This document shows, one piece after another, positions 24,974 to 39,149 of a DNA stretch of 64,000 nt. Where the stretch lies: contig OZ360225.1 in assembly GCA_977017645.1 (NCBI GenBank), positions 85,808,001 through 85,872,000 on the forward strand. Direction: 5' to 3'. Made by a program: the position numbers and the translations under genes. A model generated the notes under the pieces. The model had not been told where the DNA came from, ran no database searches, and saw only the letters and a list, made by a program, of their open reading frames with translations. How positions within the stretch are numbered: position 1 is the stretch's first letter; the number at the start of each line of letters is the position of its first letter. Source of the stretch: Torpedo marmorata (Eukaryota).

Positions 24974-27900
24974 TGTTACAAAATCAAACAGGCAACGACA
25001 GAAGACGCAATGCAAAAGGGGTAAAATTGAAATTTATATTTATTAAACACAATTAAACATATAATTTCACAACAATTAACCCCACTATAAACGTCTATAA
25101 ACACTATTCTTATCTAAAAGGTGTGTGTGTGTGTGTAAAGCCCAGACCATTACAGTCTGTGCCCAACCCTAATGTAAAAATGGAAAAACTTTCCCCAAAA
25201 ACCCCAGGTCAGTCATAAAAAACAAGTCAGTCAAAAAAAAGAATAATACAGCCCACAAAATTCACTCTCTAAGTTCAGGCTTCAAATTCAGCTCTGTGTC
25301 TGGTAGAAGTACTTCTGAATGAACGTTGGAGAGAGACAATGACTGTTTATGCTTACAAATACTTGTTTTCTTCTCTGATGACGTCCCCTTCTTGTGTGTT
25401 CATAAGGATTTCGAGTTCAGATCAGTATACCACTGATTTAGGCGTGTGCTTGAATCTCACAGCTAGTCTCGCTGATCTCACGCCTGTTCTCCACAGAAGT
25501 TGCTTTCAACTCAGAATTTCTCTGAGACAGGAGGCCATGTGCTATTCTGCCAGTCTTTTCTCTGACTGCCAAGCCTGGATTTGGCTGTGTTCTTTGCAAT
25601 TCACAACTGTCTGCTTTGTGCAGAGATCTGCACCTGCTTTTTGCAAAAGTGCAACAAATGTATCTTGTCCACAGTCTGTCTCTCTCTCTCTCTGTGGTCT
25701 CTCTCTGTCTGGGTACACCAAGAGTGCAACAATGTATCTTGTCTGGGTACACCAAGTCCTGGGGAAGTTAACTCTTTCAGTACCTGGCCCCAGTGTATAC
25801 TCCAAAAGACTTCATCCTTCCTGCTGACCGTCTGCAGTCCAAATGGTCAGTCATGGTCCATAACACCTCCCACCCACAAAGGAAATTTTGGTCTGCAAGA
25901 ACAAAATTTTGGAAAGTAATTGAGGTGTCACAATATAAACAAAATCTACAATGTTCATCCACAGTGTTAGGGCTGTGTGTTGTTGGGAGTGCCAGATGTG
26001 GGAGGTCCTGGAGTCTTCCAGACTCCCTGATGTCCATATCTGCACGAGGTGTGTAGAGCTGCAGATTCTTAGGGACCGTGTTAGGGAACTGGAGCTGCAG
26101 CTCGATGACCTCAGGCTGGTTAGGGAAACAGAGGAGGTCATAGACAGGAGTTACAGCCAGGTGGTCACGCCAGGGCCACGGGAGGAGGAAAGGTGGGTAA
26201 CAGTTAGAAGAGGGACAGTAAAACGTAAGGTGCCAGAGAGGAGCCCTATGACTGTAACCCTCAGCAATAAGTACGCCTCTTTGGGTACTGTTGAGGAGGA
26301 CAGCATAGTTGGGGGGAGCAGCAGTGGCTGTGCCTCTGGCACGGGGTCAGCCCCTGTGGCTCAGAAGGGTAGGGAAAGGAAGAGGAGGGCAATAGTTGTA
26401 GGGGACTCCATAGTCAAGAGGACAGATAGGGGATTCTGTGGACGCAGCAAGGAGAACCGGATGGTGGTTTGCCTCCCTGGTGCCAGGGTCCGGGATGTTG
26501 CTGCTCGTGTCCCGGATATCCTAAAGGGGGAGGGACAGGAGCCAGAGGTCGTGGTACATGTAGGTACCAATGACATAGGGAGGAATAGTGAAGAGGTCCT
26601 AAAAAGTGAGTACAGGCAGTTAGGTAGGGAGTTAAAAAGAAGGACCGCAAAGGGGTTAATCTCCGGATTACTCCCTGTGCCACGTGACAGTGAGAGTAGA
26701 AATAGAATGAGGTGGAGGATTAACACGTGGCTGAAGGGGTGGAGTAAGGGGCAGGGTTTCAAGTTTCTGGATCACTGGGACCTTTTTTGGGGAGATGTGA
26801 CCTGTACAGTAAGGACGGGTTACACTTGAATCCCAGGGGGACCAGAATCCTGGCAGGGGTATTTGCTAGGGCTACTCAGGAGCCTTTAAACTAGAAAGGT
26901 TGGGGGGAGGGAGCAAAATAGTACAGAGCAGTAAGGAGAAGGTTAGAACAGAGAAAGTTTGTAGTCAGTGTTTGAATATGGATGGGCAGGTGATAGAGAA
27001 GGTTACTAAAGATGAGGGCAAACAGAGATTAAGAAGTGGGAAATCTCTGAAATTCATATATTTTAATGCCAGGAGTATTGTAAAAAAGGTGGATGAGCTG
27101 AAGGTGTGGATTGATACTTGGAAGTATGAGGTGGTAGCGATTAGTGAGACATGGTTGCAGGAGGGATGTGATTGGCAGCTGAATATCCCTGGGTTTCGTT
27201 GCTTTAGGTGTGATAGAGTCGGAGGAGCAATTGGAGGTGGTGTTGCATTGCTTGTCAGGGAGAATATTACAGCGGTGCTGAGGCAGGATAGATTAGAGGG
27301 CTCGTCCACGGAGGCTATTTGGGTAGAACTGAGAAGTGGGAAAGGAGAAGTTACACTTGTAGGGGTGTATTATAGACCACCCGGAGGGGACCGAGACCTA
27401 GAGGAGCAAATCTGTAGGGAGATAGTGGATATTTGTGATAAGCACAGGGTTGTGATTATGGGAGATTTTAATTTTCCACATATAGATTGGGAAACACATT
27501 CTGTGAAAGGGCTGGATGGGTTGGAGTTTGTGAAATGTGTGCAGGATAGTTTTTTACAACAATATGTAGAGGTACCGACCAGAGAAGGAGCAGTGTTAGA
27601 TCTACTGTTGGCAAATGAGATAGGTCAAGTGACAGAGGTTTGTGTTGGCGAGCACTTCGGGTCCAGTGATCATAATGCCATCAGCTTCAATGTCATTATG
27701 GAAAGAGATAAGTCAGGGCCAAGGGTTGAGGTTTTTGATTGGGGAAAAGCTAGATTTGAGGAGATGCGAAGGGACTTACAGGGTGTGCATTGGGACAATT
27801 TGTTTTATGGGCAGGATGTAGTAGAGAGATGGAAGTCTTTTAAAGATCAGATTTTGAGAGTGCAAAAGCTTTATGTTCCTGTTAGGTTAAAAGGAGGGGC

Positions 27901-30900
27901 AAAAAGTTTGAGAGAGCCGTGGTTTTCGAGGAATATTGGAAACTTGGTTCGAAAAAAAAGGGAGGCGTACATTAAGTATAAGAAGCATGGAAATAAGGAG
28001 ATGTTTGAAAAATACATTGAATGTAAAAAGAATCTTAAGAGAGGAATTAGGAAAGCTAAAAGAAGGTATGAAGAGACTACAGCAAGCAGGGTGAAAATTA
28101 ATCCATAAGGTTTTTACAAATACGTTAATGGTAAAAGGAAAGCGAGGGACAAAATTGGTCCCTTAGAGAATCAGAGCGGAAAACTGTGTGTGGAGCCTAG
28201 AGAAATGGGGGAGATATTGAACAGTTTCTTTTCTTCGGTATTCACCAAGGAGAAGGATATTGAGATATGCGAGATAAAAAAAGCAAATTGGGTAAATATG
28301 GAGAATATAGGGATTACGAAAGATGTAGTGTTAGGGCTTTTGAGGCATATAAAGGTGGATAAGTCTCCGGGACCCGACGGGATCTTCCCCAGGACCTTGA
28401 GAGAAGTAAGCGAAGAAATAGCAGAGGCTCTGACGGTGATTTTCCAAATGTCATTAGTGATGGGGATAGTGCCGGAGGATTGGCGTATTGCGCATGTGGT
28501 TCCATTATTTAAAAAGGGTTCAAGGAGGAAGCCTGGCAATTATCGGCCTGTAAGTTTGACGTCTGTGGTAGGTAAATTAATGGAGAAAGTTCTCAGAGAT
28601 AGTACTTATAAATATCTGGATAGACAGGGTCTGATCAGGAACTCTCAACACGGATTTGTGAGCGGAAGGTCCTGTTTGACCAATCTGATTGAATTTTTTG
28701 AAGAGGTGACTAGGAATGTGGATGAGGGTAGCGCAGTGGATGTTGTCTATATGGACTTCAGTAAGGCCTTCGATAAGGTTCCGCATGGAAGGTTAGTTAG
28801 GAAGGTGCAGTCTTTAGGTATAAATTCTGAGATAGTCAAATGGATTGAACATTGGCTGGAAGGGAGAGGCCAGAGAGTGGTAGTGGATAATTGTCTGTCA
28901 GGTTGGAGGCCGGTGATCAGTGGTGTGCCTCAGGGATCTGTATTGGGCCCATTGTTGTTCGTTATATATATCAATGATCTAGATGATGGGGTGGTAAACT
29001 GGATTAGTAAATATGCAGATGATACTAAGATAGGTGGAATAGTGGATAATGAAGAAGGTTTTCAAGGATTGCAGAGGGATTTGGGCTGCTTAGAAAAGTG
29101 GGCTGAAAAATGGCAGATGGAGTTTAATGCTGATAAGTGTGAGGTGCTTCATTTTGGTAAGAAGAATCAGAACAGGACATATGTAGTAAATGGGAGAGCA
29201 TTGATGAATACAGCAGAGCAGAAAGATTTAGGAATAACAGTGCATCGTTCCCTGAAGGTGGAAACTCATGTGAACAGGGTGGTGAAGAAGGCTTTTAGTA
29301 TGCTGGCCTTTATCGATCATTGCAAATAATATAGGAGTTGGGAAGTGATGTTGAGATTATATAAGGCTTTGGTGCGGCCTAATTTAGAGTTCTGTGTGCA
29401 GTTCTGGTCGCCAAATTATAGGAAGGATATCAACAAGGTGGAGAGAGTGCAGAGAAGGTTTACCAGAATGTTACCTGGTTTTAAGAATCTAGAGTACAAG
29501 GAGAGATTGAGCATATTAGGTCTTTATTCTTTGGAGCGTAGAAGGTTGAGAGGGGATTTGATAGAGGTATTTAAAATTTTGAAAGGGATAGACAGAGTGG
29601 ATGTGGATAGACTATTTCCATTAAGATTAGGAGAGATTGAAACAAGAGGACATGAGCTAAGAGTTAAGGGGCAGAGGTTTAGAGGTAACATGAGGGGGAA
29701 CTTCTTTACTCAGAGAGTGGTAGCGGTGTGGAATGAGTTTCCGGGAGAAGTATTGGCGGTAGAGTCAATTTTATTATTTAAGAAAAAGTTGGACAAGTAT
29801 ATGGATGAGAAGGAAGTGGAGGGTTATGGGCAGGCTGCAGGTAGGTGGGACTAGATAGGAGTGTTTGGTTCGGTGCGGACTGGAAGGGCCTAATGGCCTG
29901 TTTCCGTGCTGTAATTGTTATATGGTTATATAAGGCTTTGTTGCGGCCTAATTTAGAGTTCTGTGTGCAGTTCTGGTCGCCAAATTATAGGAAGGATATC
30001 AACAAGGTGGAGAGAGTGCAGAGAAGGTTTACCAGAATGTTACCTGGGTTTAAGAATCTAGAGTACAAGGAGAGATTGAGCATATTAGGTCTTTATTCTT
30101 TGGAGCGTAGAAGGTTGAGAGGGGATTTGATAGAGGTATTTAAAATTATGAAAGGGATAGACAGAGTGGATGTGGATAGACTATTTCCATTAAGAATAGG
30201 AGAGATTGAAACAAGAGGACATGAGCTAAGAGTTAAGGGGCAGAGGTTTAGAGGTAACATGAGGGGGAACTTCTTTACTCAGAGAGTGGTAGCGGTGTGG
30301 AATGAGCTTCCGGGAGAAGTAGTGGCGGCAGAGTCAATTTTATTATTTAAGAAAAAGTTGGACAAGTATATGGATGAGAAGGAAGTGGAGGGTTATGGGC
30401 AGGGTGTAGGTAGGTGGGACTAGATAGGAATGTTTGGTTCGGTGCGGACTGGAAGGGCCTAATGGCCTGTTTCCGTGCTGTAATTGTTATATGGTTATAT
30501 GGTTAAATATAAAATATTAACTATTTTCATTGATAAAGTTTAACATCTAGAAAGACAATCAGCAATTACATTATCTTTCCCTTTTATATGAGTGATTACC
30601 AAATTATATTCTTGCAAAATTAGACTCCAATTCAACAACCGTCGATTCTTATTTTTCATTTTACAAAGAAAAACCAATGGATTATGGTCAGTATACACTA
30701 TGAGTGGTTTTTGAGCTGTACAGATATACACATCAAAGTGTTGTAGAGCCAACACAAGAGCCAACAACTCTTTTTCTATGGTTGAATAATTCCTTTGATG
30801 ATCATTGAACTTCTTCGAGAAGTAGGATACCGGATGGTCAATGTCCTCTTCGTTCTTCTTCTCTAACAGCACCGCACCCACAGCTTCATCGCTGGCATCC

Positions 30901-33900
30901 ACGGCTAAAGAAAACGGCTGTTCTAAATTAGGTGACTTAAGCACAGGTTGGTGGCATAACATGGCTTTCAATTTGACAAATGCTTCCCGACAACCTGTTG
31001 ACCATACAAATTTTTCTCTCTTTCTAAGCAAATTTGTGAGAGGGAGCGCAAGATCAGCAAAGTTTTTACAGAACTTGCGGTAGTAGCCAATCATTCCCAG
31101 GAACCTCCTCAGAGTTTTCTTACCAGTTGGAACAGGGAACTCGGAAATAGTCACAACCTTTTCCTCTACTGGCGCGAACTACCCCTGTCCTACTACATAA
31201 CTCAGAGAATTAACAGTTCCATGACCCTCTCTGAATCTGGTTTTATCTGTCTCCTCCTTACCCCTGTCAATAACCAGTACCTCTGGTACATTTTCAGTCC
31301 CTTTTTGAGGCACCTGTTCAAAATACGGCTTAATCATATTCATATGACAGACCTGTGTGTTTCGTCTGTGATCAGGTGTTTCTATGACATAGGTGACATC
31401 ATTAATTTTTGACTTAACTCTATAGGGTCCTGAAAATCTAGCCCTAAGATGATTTGAATGGATGGGAAACAGAACTAATACGTTCTCACCAGGTTTAAAA
31501 GTTCTCATCTTCGCCTTTCGATCATACCATACCTTCATTCTCCGTTGAGTGGCCTTTAAATTCTCCTTTGCCATCTCACAAGCCCTATGCAATCGATCCT
31601 TAAATTTGGAAACATAATCTAACAGATTTAAATGCACATCACGATTAATCCACTGTTCTTTTAATAATCTTAAAGGACCTCTCACCTCATGTCCGAAAAC
31701 TAACTCGAATGGACTAAAACCAAGTGATTCTTGGACAGACTCCCTCGCTGCAAATAACAACAAATGAACCCCCTCATCCCAATCCTTTTCCTCTCACAAC
31801 AATAGGTTCTAATCATGGTTTTCAAAGTCGAATGGAACCTCTCCAAGGCCCATTGACTTTCTGGATGGTACGCAGAGGATACAATCTGTTTAACTCCCAG
31901 TCCATCATCCACTTGTTGGAAAACGCCTGACATGAAATTACTGCCCTGATCTAATTGAATTTCCCTTGGCAAACCTACCAAGGTGAAAAACTTTACCATA
32001 GCCTTTACAATTGACTTTGCTTTTATGTTTCTCAGAGGAATGGCCTCTGGAAATCTGGTGGCTGCACACATAATTGTTAACAAATACTCATTACCCGCTT
32101 TGGTTTTGGGCAATGGGCCAACACAGTCCACAATTACTCTCGAGAAAGGCTCACTGAAAGCAGGGATAGGTTGCAAGGGTGCCACCGGGGGACCCTGATT
32201 AGGTTTACCCACCACCTGACAAGTATGACAGGCCCGGCAAAAGCTTACAACCTCCCTTCTTAAACTGAGCCAATAAAATTTTTTTCATTATCTTCCTTAT
32301 AGTTTTCTTCACCCCAAGGTGTCCACCTAAGTGTGTACTATGAGCCAAAGTTATTATTGCATCCCTATATACTTTAGGGATTACAACCTGCTGCACTACT
32401 GCCCATTCTTCATTGGCAGGAACATCACTTGGTCTCCACTTTCTCATCAACACCCCATCTTTTTCATAATAACCCACTGGTACCTTTTTAATCTCCTCTT
32501 CAGAGAGAACCTTATCCCTCTCCTCAGCAAGATCAGGATCGTCCTTTTGCCTTGCTATTAACTCCTGTCGGGATAGTGACAAATCTGTGCCTTTAGGTGT
32601 CTTATCAGTGGATGGGTGTAACATAGGAGATTGCTCAACCTTTTCCAGGTTTTCTTGATTATCAGTTTCTTTTTCTTTTACCAAGTTATTTTCCTCTGCC
32701 TTTTCTACAGTGACATTTTTCTTAGACATGGCCCTGGTTATGGCACATGCCGGATAAATATCAGAGTCTTTCTCTGACTTATCAATGACTGGCTTAGTGG
32801 TCATTCGCACTGCAGGAACTACTTTACCCTTGGCCAAGTCATTGCCTAACAACAGTGAGACTCCTTCTACGGGCAACTCTGATCTCACTCCTATTATAAC
32901 TGGTCCTTCCACCAAGTTAAGTCCAATACTATTTTGTGCAAAGGAATGGACTCAACTTCACCACCAATTCCTTTAATTAAATTTATGTCACCGGTGTCAG
33001 TAGCTTCACAAAATTCCAAGACACTATCTAACACAAGTGACTGAGCAGCTCCAGTATCTCGCAAGATTTTCACTGGAACTTGTTTTGATCCTGCCTTAAC
33101 TGAAACAAAACCATCAGTCACAAAAGGTTTAAATACATCTTTAACTTTGTCAGTAAATTTATCTCCTTCCTGGGTGTTATGCATCTTCTCACCCTGAATA
33201 CAAGCATTAGGTGTTGCATCCTTTTCTCTCTTCTTTTTCAACACTGGACAGCTTGCTAGCATATGACCAGCCTTCCTACAGTAGTGGCAAATGGGACCCG
33301 AATGGTTTTCCCTTTTCCACTTTCCTTCATCCCTTTCCTTAACCCCACTTCCAAATTTACTTTCCACTTGCTTCTCATTATCCACCGTGACCTTTTGGAA
33401 AATTCTACCTGACGTCCACTTAGGCTTGTGGGTTAAAGCATATTCATCTGCTAACTTAGCTGAATTTTGCCAAGTTTTCACCTCCTTTTCATCTAAGTAT
33501 GCCTTAATATCCTCAGGAACACACCTTTTTATCTCCTCGATTATTATCAATTCTCTCAATTGATTGTAATCATTGTTTACTTCCTTAGATGTGCACCACC
33601 TGTCAAAACACACAACTTTTTCATAGGCAAACTCTGTATAAGATTGGGTTGCTGATCTTTTTAAATTTCTAAACTTCTGTCTATAAGCCTCTGGAACTAA
33701 CTCATAAGCCTTTTTCACCGTTTCATAATCAGCAGCTTGCTCTGTGGTGAGAGTAGAATAAGCTTGCTGAGCTTTTCCTTTTATTACACTTTGTAACATA
33801 AGAGACCATTGGTCTTGTGGCCATTTTAATTTTACAGCCACTTTCTCAAAATGTTGGAAGTACTTATCTATTTCTGCCTCCTCAAATGGAGGAACCAACC

Positions 33901-35352
33901 TAACTTCTCTACTAGCCAAAAACCCCTCAGCAGGATGACGAATTTGATCTTGGTACTCTTCTTGTCTCCCCTCATTTTCCAACTTTATCTTTTCCAGCAT
34001 ATATCTCCTATTTCTCTCATCGTTCTCGTGTCTCTTTAGTTCCAATTCCATGTCCAATTTCTTTTGTTCCAATTCCAATTCCTTTATTTCCAATTGTATG
34101 TTTTCAGAAGGTTTACCCTTGGGAAACTGCTCTAACACGCTCTCCTCAAATTTTTTTTCTTTTATATAGAATTTGACTATTTTTCTCCCAATCTCTGCCT
34201 TTTTCATTGATGGTTTTACAGAAGCAATGCCCAACTCTGTTGCTATAGCCACTAACTATTCCTTTTTCGCCTTTTGTAAAGTATCAGGTTCAGGTAATTC
34301 CAAAAAATGTTCTACATCCATTGTTGCTGGTTTTTTGTTACACACACACTAGCTTTTAATTAGCTTTACAAAAGGAATGCCTTAAACCAAACTGGGATTC
34401 CTTCAATTACCAAGATGGATTTTGATTCAAATCCCGGACGAGCCCCCAATTTTGTTACAAAATCAAACCAGCAACGACAGAAGACACAATGCAAAAGGGG
34501 TAAAATTGAAATTTATATTTATTAAACACAATTAAACATATAATTTCACAACAATTAACCCCACTATAAACGTCTATAAATACTATTCTTATCTAAAAGG
34601 TGTGTGTGTGTGTGTTTAAAGCCCAGACCATTACAGTCTGTGCCCATCCCTTATGTAAAAATGGAAAAACTTTCCCCAAAAACCGCAGGTCAGTCATAAA
34701 AAACAAGTCAGTCAAAAAAAAGCATAATACAGCCCACAAAATTCACTCTCTAAGTTCAGGCTTCAAATTCAGCTCTGTGTCCGGTAGAAGTACTTCTGAA
34801 TGAACGTTGGAGAGAGACAATGACTGTTTATGCTTACAAATACTTGTTTTCTTCTCTGATGATGTCCTCTTCTTGTGTGTTCATAAGGATTTCGAGTTCA
34901 GATCAGTATACCACTGATTTAGGCGTGTGCTTGAATCTCACAGCTAGTCTCGCTGATCTCACGCCTGTTCTCCACAGAAGTTGCTTTTAACTCAGAATTT
35001 CTCTGAGACAGGAGGCCATGTGCTATTCTGCCAGTCTTTTCTCTGACTGCACAAGCCTGGATTTGGCTGTGTTCTCTAGCCTTTGCAATTCACAACTGTC
35101 TGCTTTGTGTAGAGATCTGCACCTGCTTTTTGCAAAAGTGCAACAAATGTATCTTGTCCACAGTCTGTCTCTCTCTCTCTGTGGTCTCTCTCTGTCTGGG
35201 TACACCAAGAGTGCAACAATGTATCTTGTCTGGGTACACCAAGTCCTGGGGAAGTTAACTCTTTCAGTACCTGGCCCCAGTGTATACTCCAAAAGACTTC
35301 ATCCTTCCTGCTGACTGTCCGCAGTCCAAATGGTCAGTCATGGTCCATAACA
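24974..35352 (-). mobile_element. Gmr1-type Ty3/Gypsy element (PR-IN-RT-RH order), RT mostly deleted, CR1 nested in its 3' UTR
   Basis: LTRs of about 890 bp at 24974-25865 and 34453-35352; TSD AAAC; tRNA-Pro PBS 34426-34448; PPT at 25866; gag with CCHC and protease LRDTGA (32894-34320); integrase 31300-32400 lies upstream of RT end and RNase H 30540-31250. Confidence 0.93.
25963..30504 (+). mobile_element. Near full-length CR1 LINE with a duplicated 3' end
   Basis: ORF1 has a Cys finger, leucine zipper and SGNH esterase (VGDSIV, HVGTND). ORF2 has an endonuclease (FNARS, ETW, GDFN, SDH) and RT (PQGS, YADD) with two premature stops. (TATATGGT)n tail. Confidence 0.95.
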
Positions 35353-35450
35353 AAACCAAAAATGATGGAAATAATCAGCCGGTCAGGCCGCATCTGTTGG
35401 AAGAGAAACAGTCAAGATTTCAGGTTGGAGACCCTCCACCTTGTTGAGGT

Positions 35451-35800
35451 ACATAAGAACATTAGAAATAGGAGCAGGAGCAGGTCCTCTGGCCCATCGA
35501 GCCTGCTCCACCATTCAATAAGATCATGGCTGATCTGGCTGTGCACTCAGCTCCACCTACCTTCCTTTTCCCCATAACCATTAATTCTCCTACTATACAA
35601 AAATCTATCTGTGTCTTAAATATATTTAATGAGCCAGACTTTACTCCTTCCTTGGGCAGAGAATTCCACAGATTCACTAGTCTCTGGGAAAAGCAGTTTC
35701 TCCTCATCTCCATCCTAAATCTACCCCCCAAATCTTGAGGCTATGTCCTCTAGTTCTAGTCTCACCTACCGGTGAAAGAAGCATTCCTGCCTCTATCCCT
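35451..35800 (-). mobile_element. CR1 LINE 3' fragment
   Basis: RRNCFSQRLVNLWNSLP motif; tail ttcttatgt. Confidence 0.8.
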
Positions 35801-36792
35801 ACGAGAATGTTTGAGACCTGATGCGTGCCCTCTTCAGGATAGAGGTCAATTTGCTATTCCACAACAGCACCATCCTTATCAGCAGATGTGACAACATGGT
35901 CCAATTAATTCTCCAGTTATGTTTTACATTTTTACTATTTTTTTCAAACTTTACTACCCAATCATTAAAGGATTTGAAAAATGAAAGATTCAGATGTATA
36001 TATGTCTGTCATACTCTAAGTTTAGTGACTGGTTGAATGATAATCAATGAGCAGGCTGTGAAATGTATATGTAATGCCCTGAGATAACTTTGCTTTATTT
36101 TACTAATATAATAATAATTGAGGTAAAATGGGTATATTACAGAAAATCTGCTTTTTAATCCGACTTCAACTTCCTTGCCTTTTTATGATTATACTGGCAA
36201 CTCTTCATGTTTAAATATGAAAATACCAGTGGAAAACAGAATCATTTTTAATCATCAAGTGTATCATGTGTTCAGGTCAACATGAGAGCAACAAGCTACA
36301 CATTTGTTTCTCAGCCCTAAACGGTCATTTAATGGTTGACTGGATGCAGCTCATCATGTTTTATGTTAGCACTTCTCATTCAGAAGGATGTATTTGTATT
36401 GGAGATATGGCAGAGAAGATTCATTAGGTTGATACAATACAGTCAACTCAGTTACCCCCTTATACCACAAACCCAACGTACTCATTTTTTAATGGTTGTA
36501 CTGTATACTTAGTCACAGGAAATGAACTTACATTACAGCAAACATAAATAGAAATATTCTCTCTCTAATTAAATTACCTGTTATGTTTTACACTTAATAA
36601 TCTTTACCACTACAATTTCTTTCAAATTTATCATTGAGCAAATGGAATGAAAAATTGAAGATAGCACAAATTCAAAAGTGTGTACATACAATGGTGTTAA
36701 TGGTTGGTTTATAGGACATGATTGGTGATCAGTATTGTGTTACCATTCAAACCTCTACCAGTAAAGTTGCTAATCCTTACAACAGATGCTTT

Positions 36793-36900
36793 TTACATTA
36801 CTGCAATTAGGACTGCTCTTTTCACAGAACCTTTGCCTGCTGGTGATGGTGTAGGTTTAAGCACTGCACTTGATCCCCTGCAGCCAAGATTTAAATCCAT
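36793..36900 (-). CDS. Weak candidate terminal coding exon (MDLNLGCRG...LIAVM*)
   Basis: Acceptor tccttttcag|ATG; 35 codons + TAA; AT-rich unique downstream sequence with ATTAAA at 36493-36488; phase 0, compatible with the exon at 56674-56794. Confidence 0.25.
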   Translation of the reverse strand: MDLNLGCRGSSAVLKPTPSPAGKGSVKRAVLIAVM

Positions 36901-38294
36901 CTGAAAAGGATTAATATTTTTTTTTTTTATTCACTGAAGAATAGTGGGCCTCATTGACAAAGCCAGCATTTGTTGGCCATGCCTGATAACTCTTGTAAAG
37001 GCATTTTGGCCCAACTTGTCCATGCCAACTAAGCTAGCCCCATTTGCCTGCATTCAACCCATATTCCTCCAACCTTTCTCATCCAATGTATCTTTCAAAA
37101 TTTCTTTTGAATGATACATTTATCCCCACTTGTACCACTTCCTCTTGAGGAGGTGGGAATGTGTAATCTTTTGTGGTGAAGTATACCCATAATAAAGTTA
37201 GGTAGGGAATTTAATTAATTTTGACTTGGAGGTAGACATGGTAATAAACTCCAAACCAATGTGGTTTGTGACTTAGAGGGGAGCTTGCAGGCAAAAGTAT
37301 GTCCTAGTCTGTCATGTAATACAGACCAAGAGTTTTTTAGGCTCCTTCAAAGAAGCCTTGGGTAATGTATTTTGCAATGTTTCACTCTGCAACTTCAGTG
37401 TACTGTTAGAAAAAATAAATATTTAAAGTTGTCTAAGAGGTCCCTTTTAAGTGTAGTTTTGAATGGATGTGTCTTTTTTGTCAGCTCTGCATTTGTTTTG
37501 GTGGTAGGAGAATATTCCAATTCACTCATGATGTGCCTTGTACATGATGGAAACGCTTTGGGAGCCATGAATTGAGTTGCTCAACAGAATATTTATGAGG
37601 CTGTTTCTATTAAATTTCTTTACAATGGACAAAGATTTTGATAGTGGGGATTCAAAATTGATAATCAAGTTAAGGAGAAGCACTTAAACCTTGTTATAGA
37701 AAAGAGTTACCATGGACTTGATTGATGTGAATGTTGTCATGCATAGCCCAAGCTTGGATGTTGAGCAGATCTTGAACTAGAGCCCGAACAGTTCAGTTAT
37801 TTGAGGAATTACATGCTATGCTTATTGAATAAGGCACATTTTGTATTCTGGAAGAACCTAAAATAATCAACAGTCAATATGTGATGAAGTGGTGCATGAT
37901 TGAGCTATCATTTATCACTTGGGTGATGGTTAAGGCTACATTATTGGCTGGAATTGACTTTGTTTTGCATTTTGTGGACAGTGCATGTGTGTGCAACTTT
38001 GTAGCTAATTGGGTAAATGCTGTTAATATAGCTAAATCAGAATACCTTGTAATAGGATGGACTAGTTCAAGAGCACATGTCTTCAGCACTCCATCCGGGA
38101 CTTTGTAAGTTCAAAGGTTTTGCTCTGTCCAATGTGATCAGTTGTTTATTAATACCACATTGAATAACATTTATTGAATGAAGATTAATGCCTGTGCAAT
38201 AGAATGCTGAGATGGATCATCTACTTGTCATTTACTGAAGGTACTTTCAAGCATGTCAGTGCTGTCTTTTCGTCTACAATCCTATGTTCCTAGT

Positions 38295-38988
38295 GAAAAC
38301 ACAATGCTGGAGAAACTTAGCAGGTCAAACAGTGTACTTATATATAACATAGAACACGACAGCACAGTACAGGCCTTTCGGCCCTCGATGTTGTGCCGAT
38401 CCATATATTCCGTAAAAAAGTACTAAACCCTCCCTACCCTGTAACCCTCTATTTTTCTTCCATCCATGTGCTTGTCTAAGATTCTCTTAAATGCACCTAA
38501 TGTTTCAGCCTCCACCACCATCCCTGGCAAGGCATTCCAGGCACCCACAACTCTGTGTAAAAAACTTACCCTTGATGTCTCCTCTAAACTTCCCTCCCTT
38601 CACTTTGTACATATGTCCTCTGGTGTTTGCTATTCCTGCCCTTGGAAACAGGTGCTGGCTGTCCACCCTATCTATGCCTCTCATAATCTTGTAGACCTCT
38701 ATTAAGTCTCCTCTCATCCTTCTACGCTCCAAAGGGAAAAGTCCCAGCTCTGCTAACCTTGCCTCATAAGACTTATTTTCCAATCCAGGTAACATCCTGG
38801 TAAATCTCCTTTGCACCCTCTCCATAGCTTCCTTATCCTTCCTGTAATGAGGTGACCAGAACTGAACACAATACTCTAAGTGTGGTCTCACTTTATATAG
38901 TAAAGATAAAGATATATACTGTAGCATTTTATATAGCAAAGATAAAGATTAAAAAACCAACGTTTCGGGCTTGAGCTCTTCATCAAGG
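38295..38988 (-). mobile_element. Inverted Penelope-type terminus interrupted by a CR1 3' fragment (38346-38890)
   Basis: 'aaaacacaatgctggagaaacttagcaggtc' ... 'aacgtttcgggcttgagctcttcatcaagg'. The insert encodes RPHLEYCVQFWSPHYRKD...RRFTRMLPG. Confidence 0.75.
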
Positions 38989-39149
38989 TGGAGTGGTCAT
39001 ATGACCCTCCACAATCCACATTCCGACCAAGTTCCAAACGGAGAGGCCACATGACCCTCCACAATCCACACTCCATTCCACCCCTCGGAAATCACCAAAC
39101 CATACCAATCCATTTACAGGCTAGTACCCCGCGGATGTATTTACATCAC

